From contig NW_019091357.1 in NCBI RefSeq assembly GCF_001949145.1, positions 186,001 through 250,000 of the forward strand: a DNA stretch of 64,000 bases. Reading direction: 5' to 3'. The notes beneath the pieces were generated by a model, which did not search any database, was not told where the DNA came from, and saw only the letters and a list, made by a program, of their open reading frames with translations. The DNA comes from Acanthaster planci. Lineage: Eukaryota. Position 1 is the first letter of the stretch; each line of letters opens with the position of its first letter. A program made the translations under genes and the position numbers. Shown here piece after piece: positions 39,506 to 52,500 of the stretch.

Positions 39506-39764
39506 ACAGTTAAAAGCAAGGTTCCCACGACATCTGAAAATCAACTTCAGTGACCTTTCCTGCACTTTCCAGAACTAAAATATATGATTATTTCCATGGC
39601 ATTCAATACCACTCTGCACAGGAAATCACCCTTGTACGGTCTTGATTTCCATGACTTTTCCTCAGACCATTTTTCCATGAGTTTTCCATGACTTTCCAGG
39701 GCAACTTTTTCCCAGGATTTCAATGACTGTGGGATCCCTGTACAAGGACAAATGGGTTAAAAAC

Positions 39765-40235
39765 AGGTACAGTCCATCATTTGCAGTTATCCAAAAGGTA
39801 TCCAAAATTGTTGTTGAAAAGCATACTCGGTTTAGATGGAGGACTAAATTCGCTGGGAAACTGTTCTTTCTGGCAAACGGTCACCATGAAGAAACAATTT
39901 TTTCAAGCAGGCCCCTTCTCAAATTTTTGGAAAGTCACTATTAGAAATTCTTGCAAGCATTGACACAATGCACAGACAATGGCAGTTTCTATAATTCATC
40001 AGTTCAGGGGGTGGCAAGGTGAAGCTGCATTTGACTGAAGATGAGATTGTTTCCCAGATGCTAAATTCAGGCACAATTTAAAACATGACTCAGCAACTTT
40101 TGAGCTGAAATCTAAGTCCTGGAATAGTTTTCTCAGAATATGGAGCATTCACTATAAAGCTGAAACTTCATCTTCGTCAAGTTCGTTCTTGTGTTCCTTT
40201 TAGATTTTGAGTAATGGTGGACTGTACCTTTAAAT
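39765..40235. mobile_element. MITE with AGGTACAGTCC termini (TTAA at the right end)
   Basis: AGGTACAGTCCATCATT ... AATGGTGGACTGTACCT-TTAA. Confidence 0.7.
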
Positions 40236-42789
40236 AAATTGTTGCAACAACCGAAATCATGGCAACTATTGTCGTAAAACAAGAGATGGCTTACTCTACT
40301 GGGGCAGTGATGCCAGAAGATGAGCCCACAGGCAGGGGACCAACCATGCTGCTATCACCTTACTCTATCAGGCCAGAGATGCCAGAAGATGAGCCCACAG
40401 GCAAGGGACCAGCCACGCTGTTATCACCTTTAACACCCGGTAAAAATACAGTAATAAAAAGGAGCAGTTATGTCTGTATGCATTGTAATAAATGTACTTT
40501 AGTTTGAGCATGTCCCCAGCAGAGTTGTGGGTTTTGAGGCAATGTCCAAAAGGCATGGCTGAGGCTAGATGATTAAAGCCACAAGTGAGTGGCTTCAGTT
40601 ATTTGCCACAAACTTATGTAATTCTGTCAGCCTTAGCCAGCTGATTCGGAAAAGATCCATCTTCGGCCAGTTGACACACGTACAAACAACAAAAGGTGCC
40701 CAGTAGCTGCTTTCTCAACTTAACAAATTGTGAAAACTCTGGCTGTGTGCGTGGACATTTCTTGAAGAACCTCTGAATTTTACCCTAAAGAGTTGGGGGG
40801 AGGGGCTAGGGAATCTACGCCCCTTTAACACATTTTCTAATATTATCAAGGTGCATATTTTCCAGAAGTGTTCTAGGTTTTTTAATTACTCTTTTTGGTC
40901 ATTCTGACACCATTTTTGTGAAAATCCAACATACCGTTCTCGCACAGCACCTTTTTTCTGAGAGAGGTCAACCAAGAATGTAAACTCTTTTGCTGCCTTT
41001 CCCAACTTCAAGTGACTGTCAAACCATATGACAGATTGAGATAAAACTTCAATATTTGTATTATAGAAGTTTGTAAAAAAAATCCAGCATTGGAAAGCCC
41101 AATTCTTGGGATTGCTGCGAGCTGTGAGGTGGTCCAATGTAACCAAGCTCTTAGCATTAGACGTTAGGAAGTACCAGGGCCAAACCTACCTGCAAAAATT
41201 GATTTCTTCACAGATGGCAAATACATGTACATGTATGACTGACAAGTCTAAGCTTTTCTACCTGCTGTTTTCTCCATTGTTCTTGCTCCTCATCACTGTC
41301 AGGTGGCTGTCACTTGGGTCCTCACTGGAACTTGAGTCTCTCTTGAGCCCACGTCTTGAGAAGAACAAAAAGGAGATGAATACTGATGTCATCACTGGTT
41401 CTAGGTGTTAACTTCAGCAGTGAAAACAGAGTGGTGACTTCATCATAAAAAATTGAAAAAACTAACAAAAATCGTAAGCAGTATCATTCCTTAGTAGAAA
41501 ATTGCATTGATTTGTCGAATTTGTCGGACAAAGTCACAGTAGGGCCTACATGTACAAAGGTTTTGTACAGAATTGTTAATTTTGTTTCTGATATTTAGGG
41601 CCTTTTTAAACACAGTCTTCGTACAAAGTACATGTACTTACCTTCACTGTCTGTGCGACGGCTATAAGTATAAATATCAGTGTCATCTTCATCACTTTCT
41701 GTGAGGCCAAACTTGTCAGAGCTGACAAAGTGTTGACAAAGTACTGATTATTTAAGCAGCAAGACGTAAGGACAGCATAGAATAGACATGTGACAACTTT
41801 TTCAAGCTAGTCTGATTTAGATGTGGCCTACATGTATATGCCAAAAGATAGGTTTCAAATAAGCTTTCTAGTGATAGTATTGATACCAAAAGCAATATTA
41901 TGCGATGTTGGGTGGGGGAAATGTGATTTTTTAAAAGGATTTTAAACGGGCGTATTTTGTGCCTCCGTATTTGTATTGAATAACATAGGAATATTCTGAA
42001 AAACCCGTGACCCGCATTCCTTGCTTTTCGTTATATGCGTCACTTTCTATATGTCGTTAATCACAACAAGATGGCGTGCACAGCTGCGCGGTCGCACCAC
42101 ATGGGACCGAACAACCCGTAGGCTAGTCCCATGGTCCGATTAAAAAACACCCCTTTGAAGGTTCAGAATTTGCTCAAATTACACCCACTTACAGCTCAAG
42201 AGTTATGTTTCACAACGATTCACCTTAAAATGACAACACTTTGTTACAAACCAGGATTAGTTGGGCGGAATTTCGAGCTCAAACTTTCGCGGCACCGCCT
42301 GCCTGGAGCTGGAGGTCGATTGGAAAATGCACTACATTAATTTGTCCGTCAGACTCCTTACAACAGCCAATCAGCAGCGCGAAATCCGGACACACCTGCA
42401 GGCTGAGTGTGTGGGCACCTTTCAGAGGTCGCGCGCGACGTGTTTACACACCTACATGTACAGTGTACAGTACATGTACACGTACATGTACATAGAGAGA
42501 CGGTGGTCATGGTGGTTCCTGCAAACCTTTCCGAGTCCTAAAAAAAATTCTCCTCAGACTGATACATTCTCCAAAAATCTACGAACACATCAAGTCCCAT
42601 TTGAATTCACAGAGGTAGGGCTTTTCCTTCCTCAATCTTCCACAAATCTCCTGTCCTGGTGGATTTTTAAGGATCTGGGAAGGTTGGCCATGAGACACAC
42701 GTCTCACCGGTCACCAAACACGGACAAGCCGAAAGGCGCCTTCGACCTTTTTCAGAGAGTAATGTTTTTATCGTTTGTGCAATAAAAGA

Positions 42790-43560
42790 ATTAATTTTGA
42801 GAAAACTTCAATTCGTTACTTTCCTCAAAATTACCCAGATTGATCTGAAGTTCCATCCACTCGCATTTCTGAATGATTTTACCGACAAAAATGCTTAACC
42901 AAATTTAAAAAAAAAACATCACTCACCATTACAAATCAATTTTGGCGAAAAAATTTAATCCGTAATTTTTCTCCTAAAATTGCTCAAATTGATCTGAAGT
43001 TCCATCTACATGCATTTGTGAGTAATTTTAGCGAGAAGCTGTTTGACCAAATTTCTAATAAAAACGTAAGGTTAACCCCTTGCAAATTTCATAATTTCAG
43101 AAAAAAAATCAATTTGTTCTTTTCCTTCAAAGTTGCTCAAATTGATTTTTTAACGATTTTAGAGGGAAACTGTGTGATCAGATTTTTAATAAAATTGCAA
43201 GGCTAACCCCTTGCAAATTTCATTTAATTTTGCCTGAAAATTGCGATGTCATTTTCCCTAAAAATTTCCCTAAAAAAATATTTATCTGAATTTCAATATG
43301 CATGCATTTTAAAGACCAAATAGTTTCAACATTTCATAAAAATCGCAACACAAACCAATTGCGTATTTTAACTTTCATGAAAAATTTCAATTCCTGATTT
43401 TCCTAAAAATTGCTCAAACTGATTTGAATTTACAGCCACTTGTGTTTGAGTGTTGCTTTTGGGGGGGGGGAGAATGATTAAATTTTAATTAAATAAAAAG
43501 GCTAAGTCCTTGCAAATTCTGGGTTTAAATTTTATCCTGTATTTTCTTGAAAAATTATTT
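42790..43560. repeat. Diverged AT-rich ~130-150-bp tandem array; related sequence at ~30400-30670
   Basis: Recurring AAGG(C/T)TAACCCCTTGCAAATTT (43068, 43199, variant at 43498; also 30628) and AAATTGCTCAAATTGATCTGAAGTTCC. Confidence 0.75.
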
Positions 43561-46544
43561 TTATCCTTACAGAATACAGATGTAAGCTTAAAACCTTCGT
43601 GGGGTAAAAAGTAAGGCTTTTTTGAAACCGCATTCATCAAATTTTAATATTTTTGGTTCGATTTATTAAATATTTCTAAACATGACGTAATCTGGGTTCC
43701 TCTCAATAATGAATACACATAACCTATCAAAAAATATACATCGTCTACAGTATTGAAGCAAAAATAAACTGAGCACTACAGACATCTTTGAAGAACACTC
43801 CCCCCCGACAGAACTCCAGCCAACCAAGATATGTAATTCACATTTGTAACAAAAAGGCCAGTTCTTTAAAATAAATGACATGTACTGAAGAAAAACGCTG
43901 TAGGTGTCATTTTGTGGGATCTTGCCACATTTTACAAAGTTTCCATTACACAATCCAAATATCCAGCCAAACCTGATGTTTATTAATTATTCAATGGTGC
44001 ACACATTTAAAACAGAAAAGAGTTGAAATCTGCATTGAAATCCAATCAGCCAATAAGGAGGTTCAAGAACTGGGAGGTTAAGATTTAAGATATCTTTGCT
44101 GGCAGACAAAAGTTTATGATTAGAAGTAAAGAAATACTACATGTATGCCTCAACCTTGCTTAGAAAGGAAATGCATATTCTTATCAAACATGTGATAGTA
44201 ATATCAAACCCTACACCCCAAAATATTGGAATTCTCTAATACTGCTTTTGAAGGCACTTTTTAAAAGGCACGATATCTGTACAAATGCACAATGAAATTA
44301 TGGCACATACATGTAATATCCACTTAACTCAAGATAAATATTGCAACATTCTAAAGAATATATGCTTGCAAGACAAATATTATTTTACCCAAGACTTTAA
44401 AAATCTTGTTCCTCCTTGCATTTTTGAAAACAAAAGCTACTGTTTTTACTTGTCTCAGTAAACCAATAAGCACACCAAGATACCCACAGCACCTTGCTAG
44501 AAAGTCTCCTAAATGCAACTTCTGTGTTTCTGTACAAAGCAAGCCAACGTTTGTAGAACTTATGGCCTAATAAAAAAATTTCCCATTTCTCATCCACATC
44601 CAAAAGTAATGCTGTATCAATTTCATTTATCGAAACTTTAATTGAAATATCAAACAAATGTCAAAGCAGAATTTTTATTGATTAATTACATTGGAATACT
44701 GCTCATTACCATAATTAGTCTGGATGGCAGCAAGATGGCAGCAATGTACTAGCCTGTTTGAGGGGTTACTCCCCACACCTTAGACCATCAATTTGATTTC
44801 CAAATTCACTCAATCGTCCAACTTGAAATGTCATCCCTGGCTAATAAGTGTGGATGTTGGCAGAAATAAAGGGGAATATATCTCATTACTACTCAATTTG
44901 AGGAACTAGGAATTATTTTCATGTGGCCTTAAGCAGAAATGACTGCTTTCAAAATGTATATGCTTTCAATTGATCACAAGCATCACAGACAATACATCAG
45001 CAGACATTAGGCAGAGAACCTGGCTTTACTGAGGAAATTATACCGGTACAGCTCTACCAATTTGGCTGCAGGTGTTCGGGACATGTTTACAATGATGTTA
45101 TCAGGTATTGCAGATTTAGACCAACTCAGCTGTATTCCACACGTTTGCAAGCATATAACTCTAAGAATGTAAGCAGTAACACAATACATTCATGGATGTA
45201 CATTTCAGAGTACCAAATATGAATTCTTAATTTCTCATGTCTCATCAAAAGGCAAAATGTACATGTACACGACCATGCATTTGTGTTCATTGGCAATGGC
45301 ATTAACTGCCAGTACATGGCAAAATACGGCAACAAAATAACAGCCAAAGACTGTTCTTTACTGAACAGCCCTGGAATCTACACAACTCATTCCTGATGAG
45401 TTCAGATTTGCTCTTTACTTTCTGTTTTAATTACAGTATTGCTCCATTCAAACAAAACCTGATTCAAAATTTTCCAGATTTAAAGAAAAACTATGGGAAA
45501 GATAATGATGGTTGGTGAGGCCCATGCCCCTCAGCCCCCCCCGGTCCACATTTAGGTGTGTCTACATTTGGTAATCCTATATTGTACATGTCTTACTACA
45601 GTATGAATGTTGATGACATGCAGTACATCAAACACCAATTACTTGTGAAGGCTGGCTGTACTAATGAGGATTCTGGTAGCTCAAGAACTCCAAACATTTT
45701 GTCAAAGAATTCACAACGAATTATTTTCTGTTTATCATAAGTTATTCAACTTGTCAGGCTGACCACAGCCTCCAAAAGAACTACATGTACATTAAAGAGA
45801 GGTATTGCACAGTTCTATTGGGAGGTTTGCAACAGTAGAAAGAAAAGTGGATGTTATGGCGCCCTCTGTATAGCCAAACATCCACTTTCTATCATTTAAG
45901 AAACCACTTGGTTTCATGGAAATTTCTAGCGCCATCTTACCAATGCATATGTCAATCCAATTTGCTTGCATACAAGGAGAATAATTTATATGACTGGCGC
46001 CCTCTTGTGACTAGCTCGGCACATCCCTTCAGCAAATAATCAACTGATTTCGAGGAGAAAAGTCCAATTCAATTTTTGGAATAATCTTTTAGAATCTGGT
46101 ACAACATTTTGGTAAAACATACAAAGCCTGTCAGCATGCACCGTTTCGAAGTGTAACTTCAAAGGCAGGAAAATAAGTTCCCCCAACACTATGCCAAATA
46201 TTGGTGTCCTCTTTGAGGCACTATTATAAACCAGCTCATTATCATGGGTCCAATTCATCATCAGAATCTGTCCTGCAACTTTAGTAAAACTGACGCTATG
46301 ATAACACCAACAAAAGTCCCCACTGGAAGATTTTAACAATTGCCTGCACTGCCCAAATAATCAGTATTCTCAGGATACCTTTTTTAAGATTTATATACAC
46401 AAATACAATTATAAAGTGGAAGCACTTACCATTTGTTTCATAAAGATTGGTGAAGCCAATCCCTTCAATCCACAAATTTCCACAATCTCTTGCATATTCA
46501 ATTTAAAAATCAGTCTCTGTGTGATATCTCCACAACCATTCATC

Positions 46545-49500
46545 TCAGCCATTTTCCTTGGAGCCAGCTTGTGAGATGTCAGGTTTATCAACTTTGCCAC
46601 TTTCAATGTGATGGCCTGAATCAGCCACTGAATCCTCAGTAGCGCCTGTAGTGGAGACTACACCAGAATCCATGCAGGGGTCACAGGATGAATTTTGTGC
46701 GGTGTCACTTGTGCCTTTGGTTGTGCTGTTTGAAGAAACACTGGGTCCACTATGGGCAGTGTCGACAGTAGTCACCCCAGGTGTATCACTGGTGACCCCA
46801 CTGGCTGTGTCCTGGGTTGTGTCACTACTTGTATGTGAGCACAGGTCATCCTTCTGTCCATCAACCTCTGCCACAGAGCTATCACTGTTTATAAGACTTT
46901 CACATATCGGACGGGATGAAGGTTGATGTTTAACATCCAGACTTATATCTCTACTCTCAGACACACTTTCAGCTTTTGGTGAGTCACAGGGCGGTGTATC
47001 AAGACTACGCTCACCATCATCGCAATCCATCTGCTGTTCTGGACACCCTGCACTCTTTGCACTTGATCTGGTGTCTGTTAATTCTAAAGCAAAGTAGGGG
47101 TGGAAAAGTAAAGAGTGCATGACTGATGATGATTTAGAAGATTTATCAAAGAACTTGATGTGAAAAGACAGCTGGTGGTGCTCAAGTACAATATTTCTCA
47201 TGTCATGAGTTTGAATCCCCAACATGCTCTTAAAATGACTTGTTTACATCCAGCAAACAGATTTTGTACAGTGTTACATATTAGCTTTGATCAGAACATT
47301 TTTGAGGCCAGCATGGTTACATTTGCAAAATTCATGAAATAAGCAGACTTTGCAGAAACACTGGAAAACAGAGAATGGTGAACGGCTACTAACAGATACA
47401 ATGTTGATATTTTTACCTGATGTGTCGGCAGTTGGCTGAGAGTCAATGTGATTCAAAGATTCATTGGACGGTTCTTCTGTTATTGTGTGCATATCACGAT
47501 CTGGTGAACAGGCTTGAAAAACACAGCAAACAACAATATCACTCTTTACTTTCTTTTACCCTCCTCCATGCTGCTGCTACTGTATATAGTTTTCTCCGGA
47601 TACATTAACATGTTGAAGAAAGCTTGCTCTTGTTTTCTTTGTTATTTAAAATCTAATATAACTAAGGCATTCTGCCGGAAGATTCTCGAAGAGTTGCTCA
47701 TCCAAATCAAAGATTCCATGGATTGATTTGTTATTTTTTATTTTATGACACACATCTGCATGATATGTTTACAGTGACTGCTGAACATTGTCTTGGTAGT
47801 TGTGATTTAATTTGGGATTTTTGCCCTGCCCGATGTGTATTATAACACCATACACCCAGTGTTTGCCCTCAAAGGTTTGTGAAAAAACCACAAGCATGTT
47901 AAGGGCAAAAATCCAAAATTCATTAACATCTCCCCGGTTAAAATCCATCCTTAGAAATACTGCTGCTACATCTGACTCAAACCTGCCAGCCGACACCGGC
48001 AAGCTTGGTGGTCGAGTGGTTAAGACATCTGCACTAGTGAGCAGGAGGTCGTGGGTTTGACTCCCACCCAAGTATGCTTGTATTTTTTTTTCTCACAAGT
48101 CTTCAGCTGCAAGGACTGAGTATACAGTATTATAATACATGTTAGGCGGGGCAAAAATCCAAAATGAATTAACATCTCTCCGGCGCAAATCTATCCTTGG
48201 AAATAGTTGTGATTTGGTCAAGACCATCACAAGACCAGTCACAAGACCATCACGANNNNNNNNNNNNNNNNNNNNNNNNNNNNNNNNNNNNNNNNNNNNN
48301 NNNNNNNNNNNNNNNNNNNNNNNNNNNNNNNNNNNNNNNNNNNNNNNNNNNNNNNNNNNNNNNNNNNNNNNNNNNNNNNNNNNNNNNNNNNNNNNNNNNN
48401 NNNNNNNNNNNNNNNNNNNNNNNNNNNNNNNNNNNNNNNNNNNNNNNNNNNNNNNNNNNNNNNNNNNNNNNNNNNNNNNNNNNNNNNNNNNNNNNNNNNN
48501 NNNNNNNNNNNNNNNNNNNNNNNNNNNNNNNNNNNNNNNNNNNNNNNNNNNNNNNNNNNNNNNNNNNNNNNNNNNNNNNNNNNNNNNNNNNNNNNNNNNN
48601 NNNNNNNNNNNNNNNNNNNNNNNNNNNNNNNNNNNNNNNNNNNNNNNNNNNNNNNNNNNNNNNNNNNNNNNNNNNNNNNNNNNNNNNNNNNNNNNNNNNN
48701 NNNNNNNNNNNNNNNNNNNNNNNNNNNNNNNNNNNNNNNNNNNNNNNNNNNNNNNNNNNNNNNNNNNNNNNNNNNNNNNNACCAGTCACAAGTAACAGTG
48801 TGAACAATGACAATGGAATGCTTTGGTTGCAGTCCATGAATAGCTTGTGAGTTGAATTCAGACTGGAGGTCTTGTGCTGGTCTTGTGTGGGTCATAAGTG
48901 GTCTTGACCACAACACTGGATGTTTTTACAGTACTTTCGAGAAATTTGATTCAAAAGTATCTTCTGGACTCACTTGGATCTCCAAACAAGACTTCGGCAG
49001 CCTTGTAGTAGTAGCCGTCAGCTGACTTTGGTTTATTAATTGAACAAAGTTGTAAACCATGAACCACCTGCATTCCAAACATCTGAGTGTTGTGGGGCTT
49101 ATACAGCTCGGACTTGATCCTACGAACACCTTTCTTGCGAAGACTTGGCGCTCGAGACAACTTCATTACAGTCAAGTGGGGCTTGAAACCACGCTCCCCG
49201 GTTGAAACCAACTGGTACTCTGAGAAACATTTCTCTACTGTGTCTGTTGGTTTAAATTATGGGAAAAAGGTATAAAATCAATGAAAATGAGATCAGATTT
49301 GAGAGATTTACTGAGAAAACTGAACCAAATAAATATAAGACTGTTAAAGATATGGCTTTATTTGACAGGATGTCTAACTTTACAAATTCAAATCATCTTG
49401 ATGCAACGATTTCAAAAGCTCTGCTTCAGTTTTCAAGATGCAAGCAGATTTTCTTCCTCTAAATCTTACACAAGAAGTCTTGAGCGATAAGAAGAGTTGG

Positions 49501-52500
49501 TAGAGTTCATTAGATTTGTGTTAAGCCCTTGTGTGACATTTACTCTCCACTTGATTTCCTGTTGACTGTCATGTTCTCTCAAGCTGAGCTCCATAGGGAC
49601 CTGGCTGAATGCTAAGTTCAGTCATGACATCTTCACATTCATCAGAAATTCTAAGTGCTAGCCATCAATCTGCCTGTATGTTCCATTGGTGTCTGTCATC
49701 TTAATCCAATTACACCTTCCTATTTTCTCTCTCAGGCTTACTCAGTTCATAACCTTGCCTCCCTCAGGAAAACCGTTCATTCTCACCTCATTTCCTTGAC
49801 ATGATTAAGTTCCCAACACTTTTAACTGCTCCAAGGCTACAGAATGTTCCCACACCCTATTTTTCTCACTTTAATCTGCCATCTTTGTCATTTCCTATGA
49901 CACTATGGTATCTTCTGAAATACACTACTGCTTCTTAATTTTTCTTTCTTTACCTGCTATCTCATAAAGGCTCTCCAAGATGTTATCCTGATCCTTAATC
50001 TTAGCAAACATGACTTGGTTGTTGAAATGGCCCAGTCCTCCAAACAAGATACTCAGTTTCTCCTTCATGAAGCGTGGACTCAGAATTCGATGACACTCAT
50101 TCAAGGCTATCTTAGCTCTGACAAGCAAACAAGAAATTTAATGAGGAGATTCTTGCAAAAGACTTTTTGAAACATAAGGGAATAAGTCTGACTTTTATTA
50201 GTGCAAGAAAGGTGGCAGTCAAGATAGACAAACAAGATGTGCTGAAAAACTTTTCCAGTAATTTTAGGATGCTGCCACAAATGATAAGTTTTTCACACGT
50301 ACTATAAGGATTTGCCTTCCCCTTCAAAACTCTTGAGATACATCAAGTTAAGGAAAAATAGAAAAGACAAGGTTTGCACCAACTATCAGCAATATGTTGG
50401 GATCTGTGCTTATCCTTTCATGTCAAAGCACCACAGCGCCTTCAACCATCACTGCACAAAGCAAACAACCCAGTAAGAGTTTAGATGAAGAACGTGTCCA
50501 TGTGTAACCTGCACATCATTGTCAAACAACTCTGACATACATGAGTTGTACCAACCTTTCAACATCCTCCTCAGTTGCTAGGTGCATCACCATGATGGTT
50601 AGATGCAGCGTTGCTATAGGAACCATTGCATCCTTCAACTTTTCATCTCCAGACAGGACCGTCTGCTGGACATCTCTCAAGGCCTCATGGATCTACATCA
50701 AAAACATTTTTAACAGATTTACAATATTTATAATTAGCAACAGGAAGGTAAATAAAAACTGATTCAAGCATGAGCTACACGTCGCTCGTATCCAAAGGTC
50801 AAATAGAATCGTTAAGGTAAGTCAAAGAGTTGTGAGAAGGCCTCCTCTAGAATACCTGAGGATTGGAAACCTGAACTGCTACAAAGAAGTTAGGAGCTAG
50901 TCTCTTTGTCTTCTTCTCAGAGCCTTCATCTCCACCTCCTGCCAAGGATTCCTCGACCTTCTCAGACCCTTTCCTCTTTCTCTTCTTGACCTTGACTCCT
51001 TTCAAGCTTCTGTCTTTAGAGGCATCTTGTGCTAGGTGGGGGAAAATGAGGATTCAACACAAATAACTTCTAATTACAAATGCAAAGTCCCACAATTCCT
51101 GGCACAAGAATTTCCTTCAACCATTCCTTCCCATTCCCTCCCCACAACTGATCACCATACCTCTTGTAGCATCTCCAAGTGACCTTGACCTTTCAAGACT
51201 ATGTCGCAGGAGGCTAGGGTCAATGCCAAGCTCTTCATCTATTAAGAAAAGATACGATATACAGCTAAATAGTTGGTTAACTCTTTAGTTGTAGAGGTTT
51301 GCTCTGTCCATTGTCAGTAGTCTCCTGATCACAAATGAAGCTTACTGTCCGAAACTTTGAGTAACTCAGATTATTTTCAGAATCACACATACTCGTAAAA
51401 GAGCTATCCTTGCCCGGCGCTACCACAAACCTCTACAACTAACTAACTACTTTCACCATGTAAAGCTTTACAGCTCATCTGGTTAACTCTTGGTTTGTAC
51501 TAATATTTGCTTGCTTTGATTTCAATGCCAAAATTCTTGTCACTTTGAAACTTTTTCATGAACCATTATGAATAGAAAGCTAACTTTTTTCAAACCCTTT
51601 TTAATTAAAGTCTGATTTCCAAGAAAATGGAAAGGCTTCATAAACTTTGGGTAAATTCACATGCCAAACAGGCCAAGATCTTACCTTCAGTTGTTAATGG
51701 CGATTTAGTTACATGCTGTGAATAATCCTCACACATGCTAGAGTCCGACTCAGTGGACTGTTTAGTTGACGTCATGTTAACAGAAATTGAGTTTGCCTCA
51801 AATATATCAAAGCCACCCACACTAGTTAAGGTTAGCTTTACATCACCAGTAGCTTCTATGGTCACAAGTTCAGATGCAGTTCGCATGCTGTTTGTGTCAG
51901 TACCATCAGCTTGTTGATCCAGACTTGTGCTGGGTGGGCTTGGTGATGCCCGACGAGGTATCTTAGCGTGGAAGGATGCTGTCCCCGTGGCAGGGTTCAA
52001 GGTGATGGAACATCCATCCTCATCAATGAAGCTCTCGCTCCAGTCATATTTAAGGCACACTGCATCCTTTGCAGTATTATGCCGAGTGTTGTGTGCGGAG
52101 TCAGAGCTAGTGTGCCTGCTGGATGCATGTTTGCGTTTAGCTGCTTTCTTGTTAACTCTGCTAGCCATGCTTGCATCCAAGTTAATACAGAAGTCAACTG
52201 GTTTAACCAAGTTATAACCCAGGTTACTGTTTTCCTGGTTTATACATGTAGATAGCAGTATCACTCGCCTCAAACTGCTGATGCCTTTTTTGTTTTCCAA
52301 ATTTTCTTGGTTAATTAGATGGCATGTACATGTGGTTTCCTCACTTCTTCTGAAGGCTGACAAGTTAACTGGTTTAAACCAGTTTAGAAAAGAGTTGGTG
52401 ATTGGATTAATGAATTTGTGCCCCTGGTCAACGAGCACAGACAGCAGATGATAGTTAGGGCCCTTACAATAAGGGTAGACTCTGCTCCAGACATTAATCA

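Larger units (their letters stand above)
38262..41721 (-). pseudogene. NKAP: NKAP (NF-kappa-B-activating protein)-like unprocessed pseudogene or degenerate duplicate, C-terminal part
   Basis: Exon-like blocks: 41721-41642, 41354-41262, ~40436-40295, 38839-38737, 38426-38262. FGKAFWPGECTALAAYMV resembles NKAP YGHALLPGEGAAMAEYV. RPPCVKALGMPQEKQT, a frameshift, then DADEKSALASFNMERRKMEDKILWDFTEMV resembles [48 protein letters not shown]. Contains frameshifts, a premature TAG and a (GACT)n tract. Confidence 0.8.

Noticed and set aside
41262..41700. Selenoprotein reading: signal-peptide-like MKMTLIFILIAVAQTVK spliced to TWAQERLKFQ-TGA-GPK-TGA-QPP
   Set aside because: The downstream exons match NKAP in other frames, so the TGAs are better explained by pseudogene decay. 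No SECIS was recognised.
42131..42785. Cluster of ORFs up to 174 aa as a gene or transposase
   Set aside because: No recognisable domain, and the ORFs run through TACATG simple repeats.
48001..48075. Functional tRNA gene (also considered at 33939, 35390, 12707 and 54117)
   Set aside because: A and B boxes are present but the cloverleaf is incomplete and each sits in repeat context.
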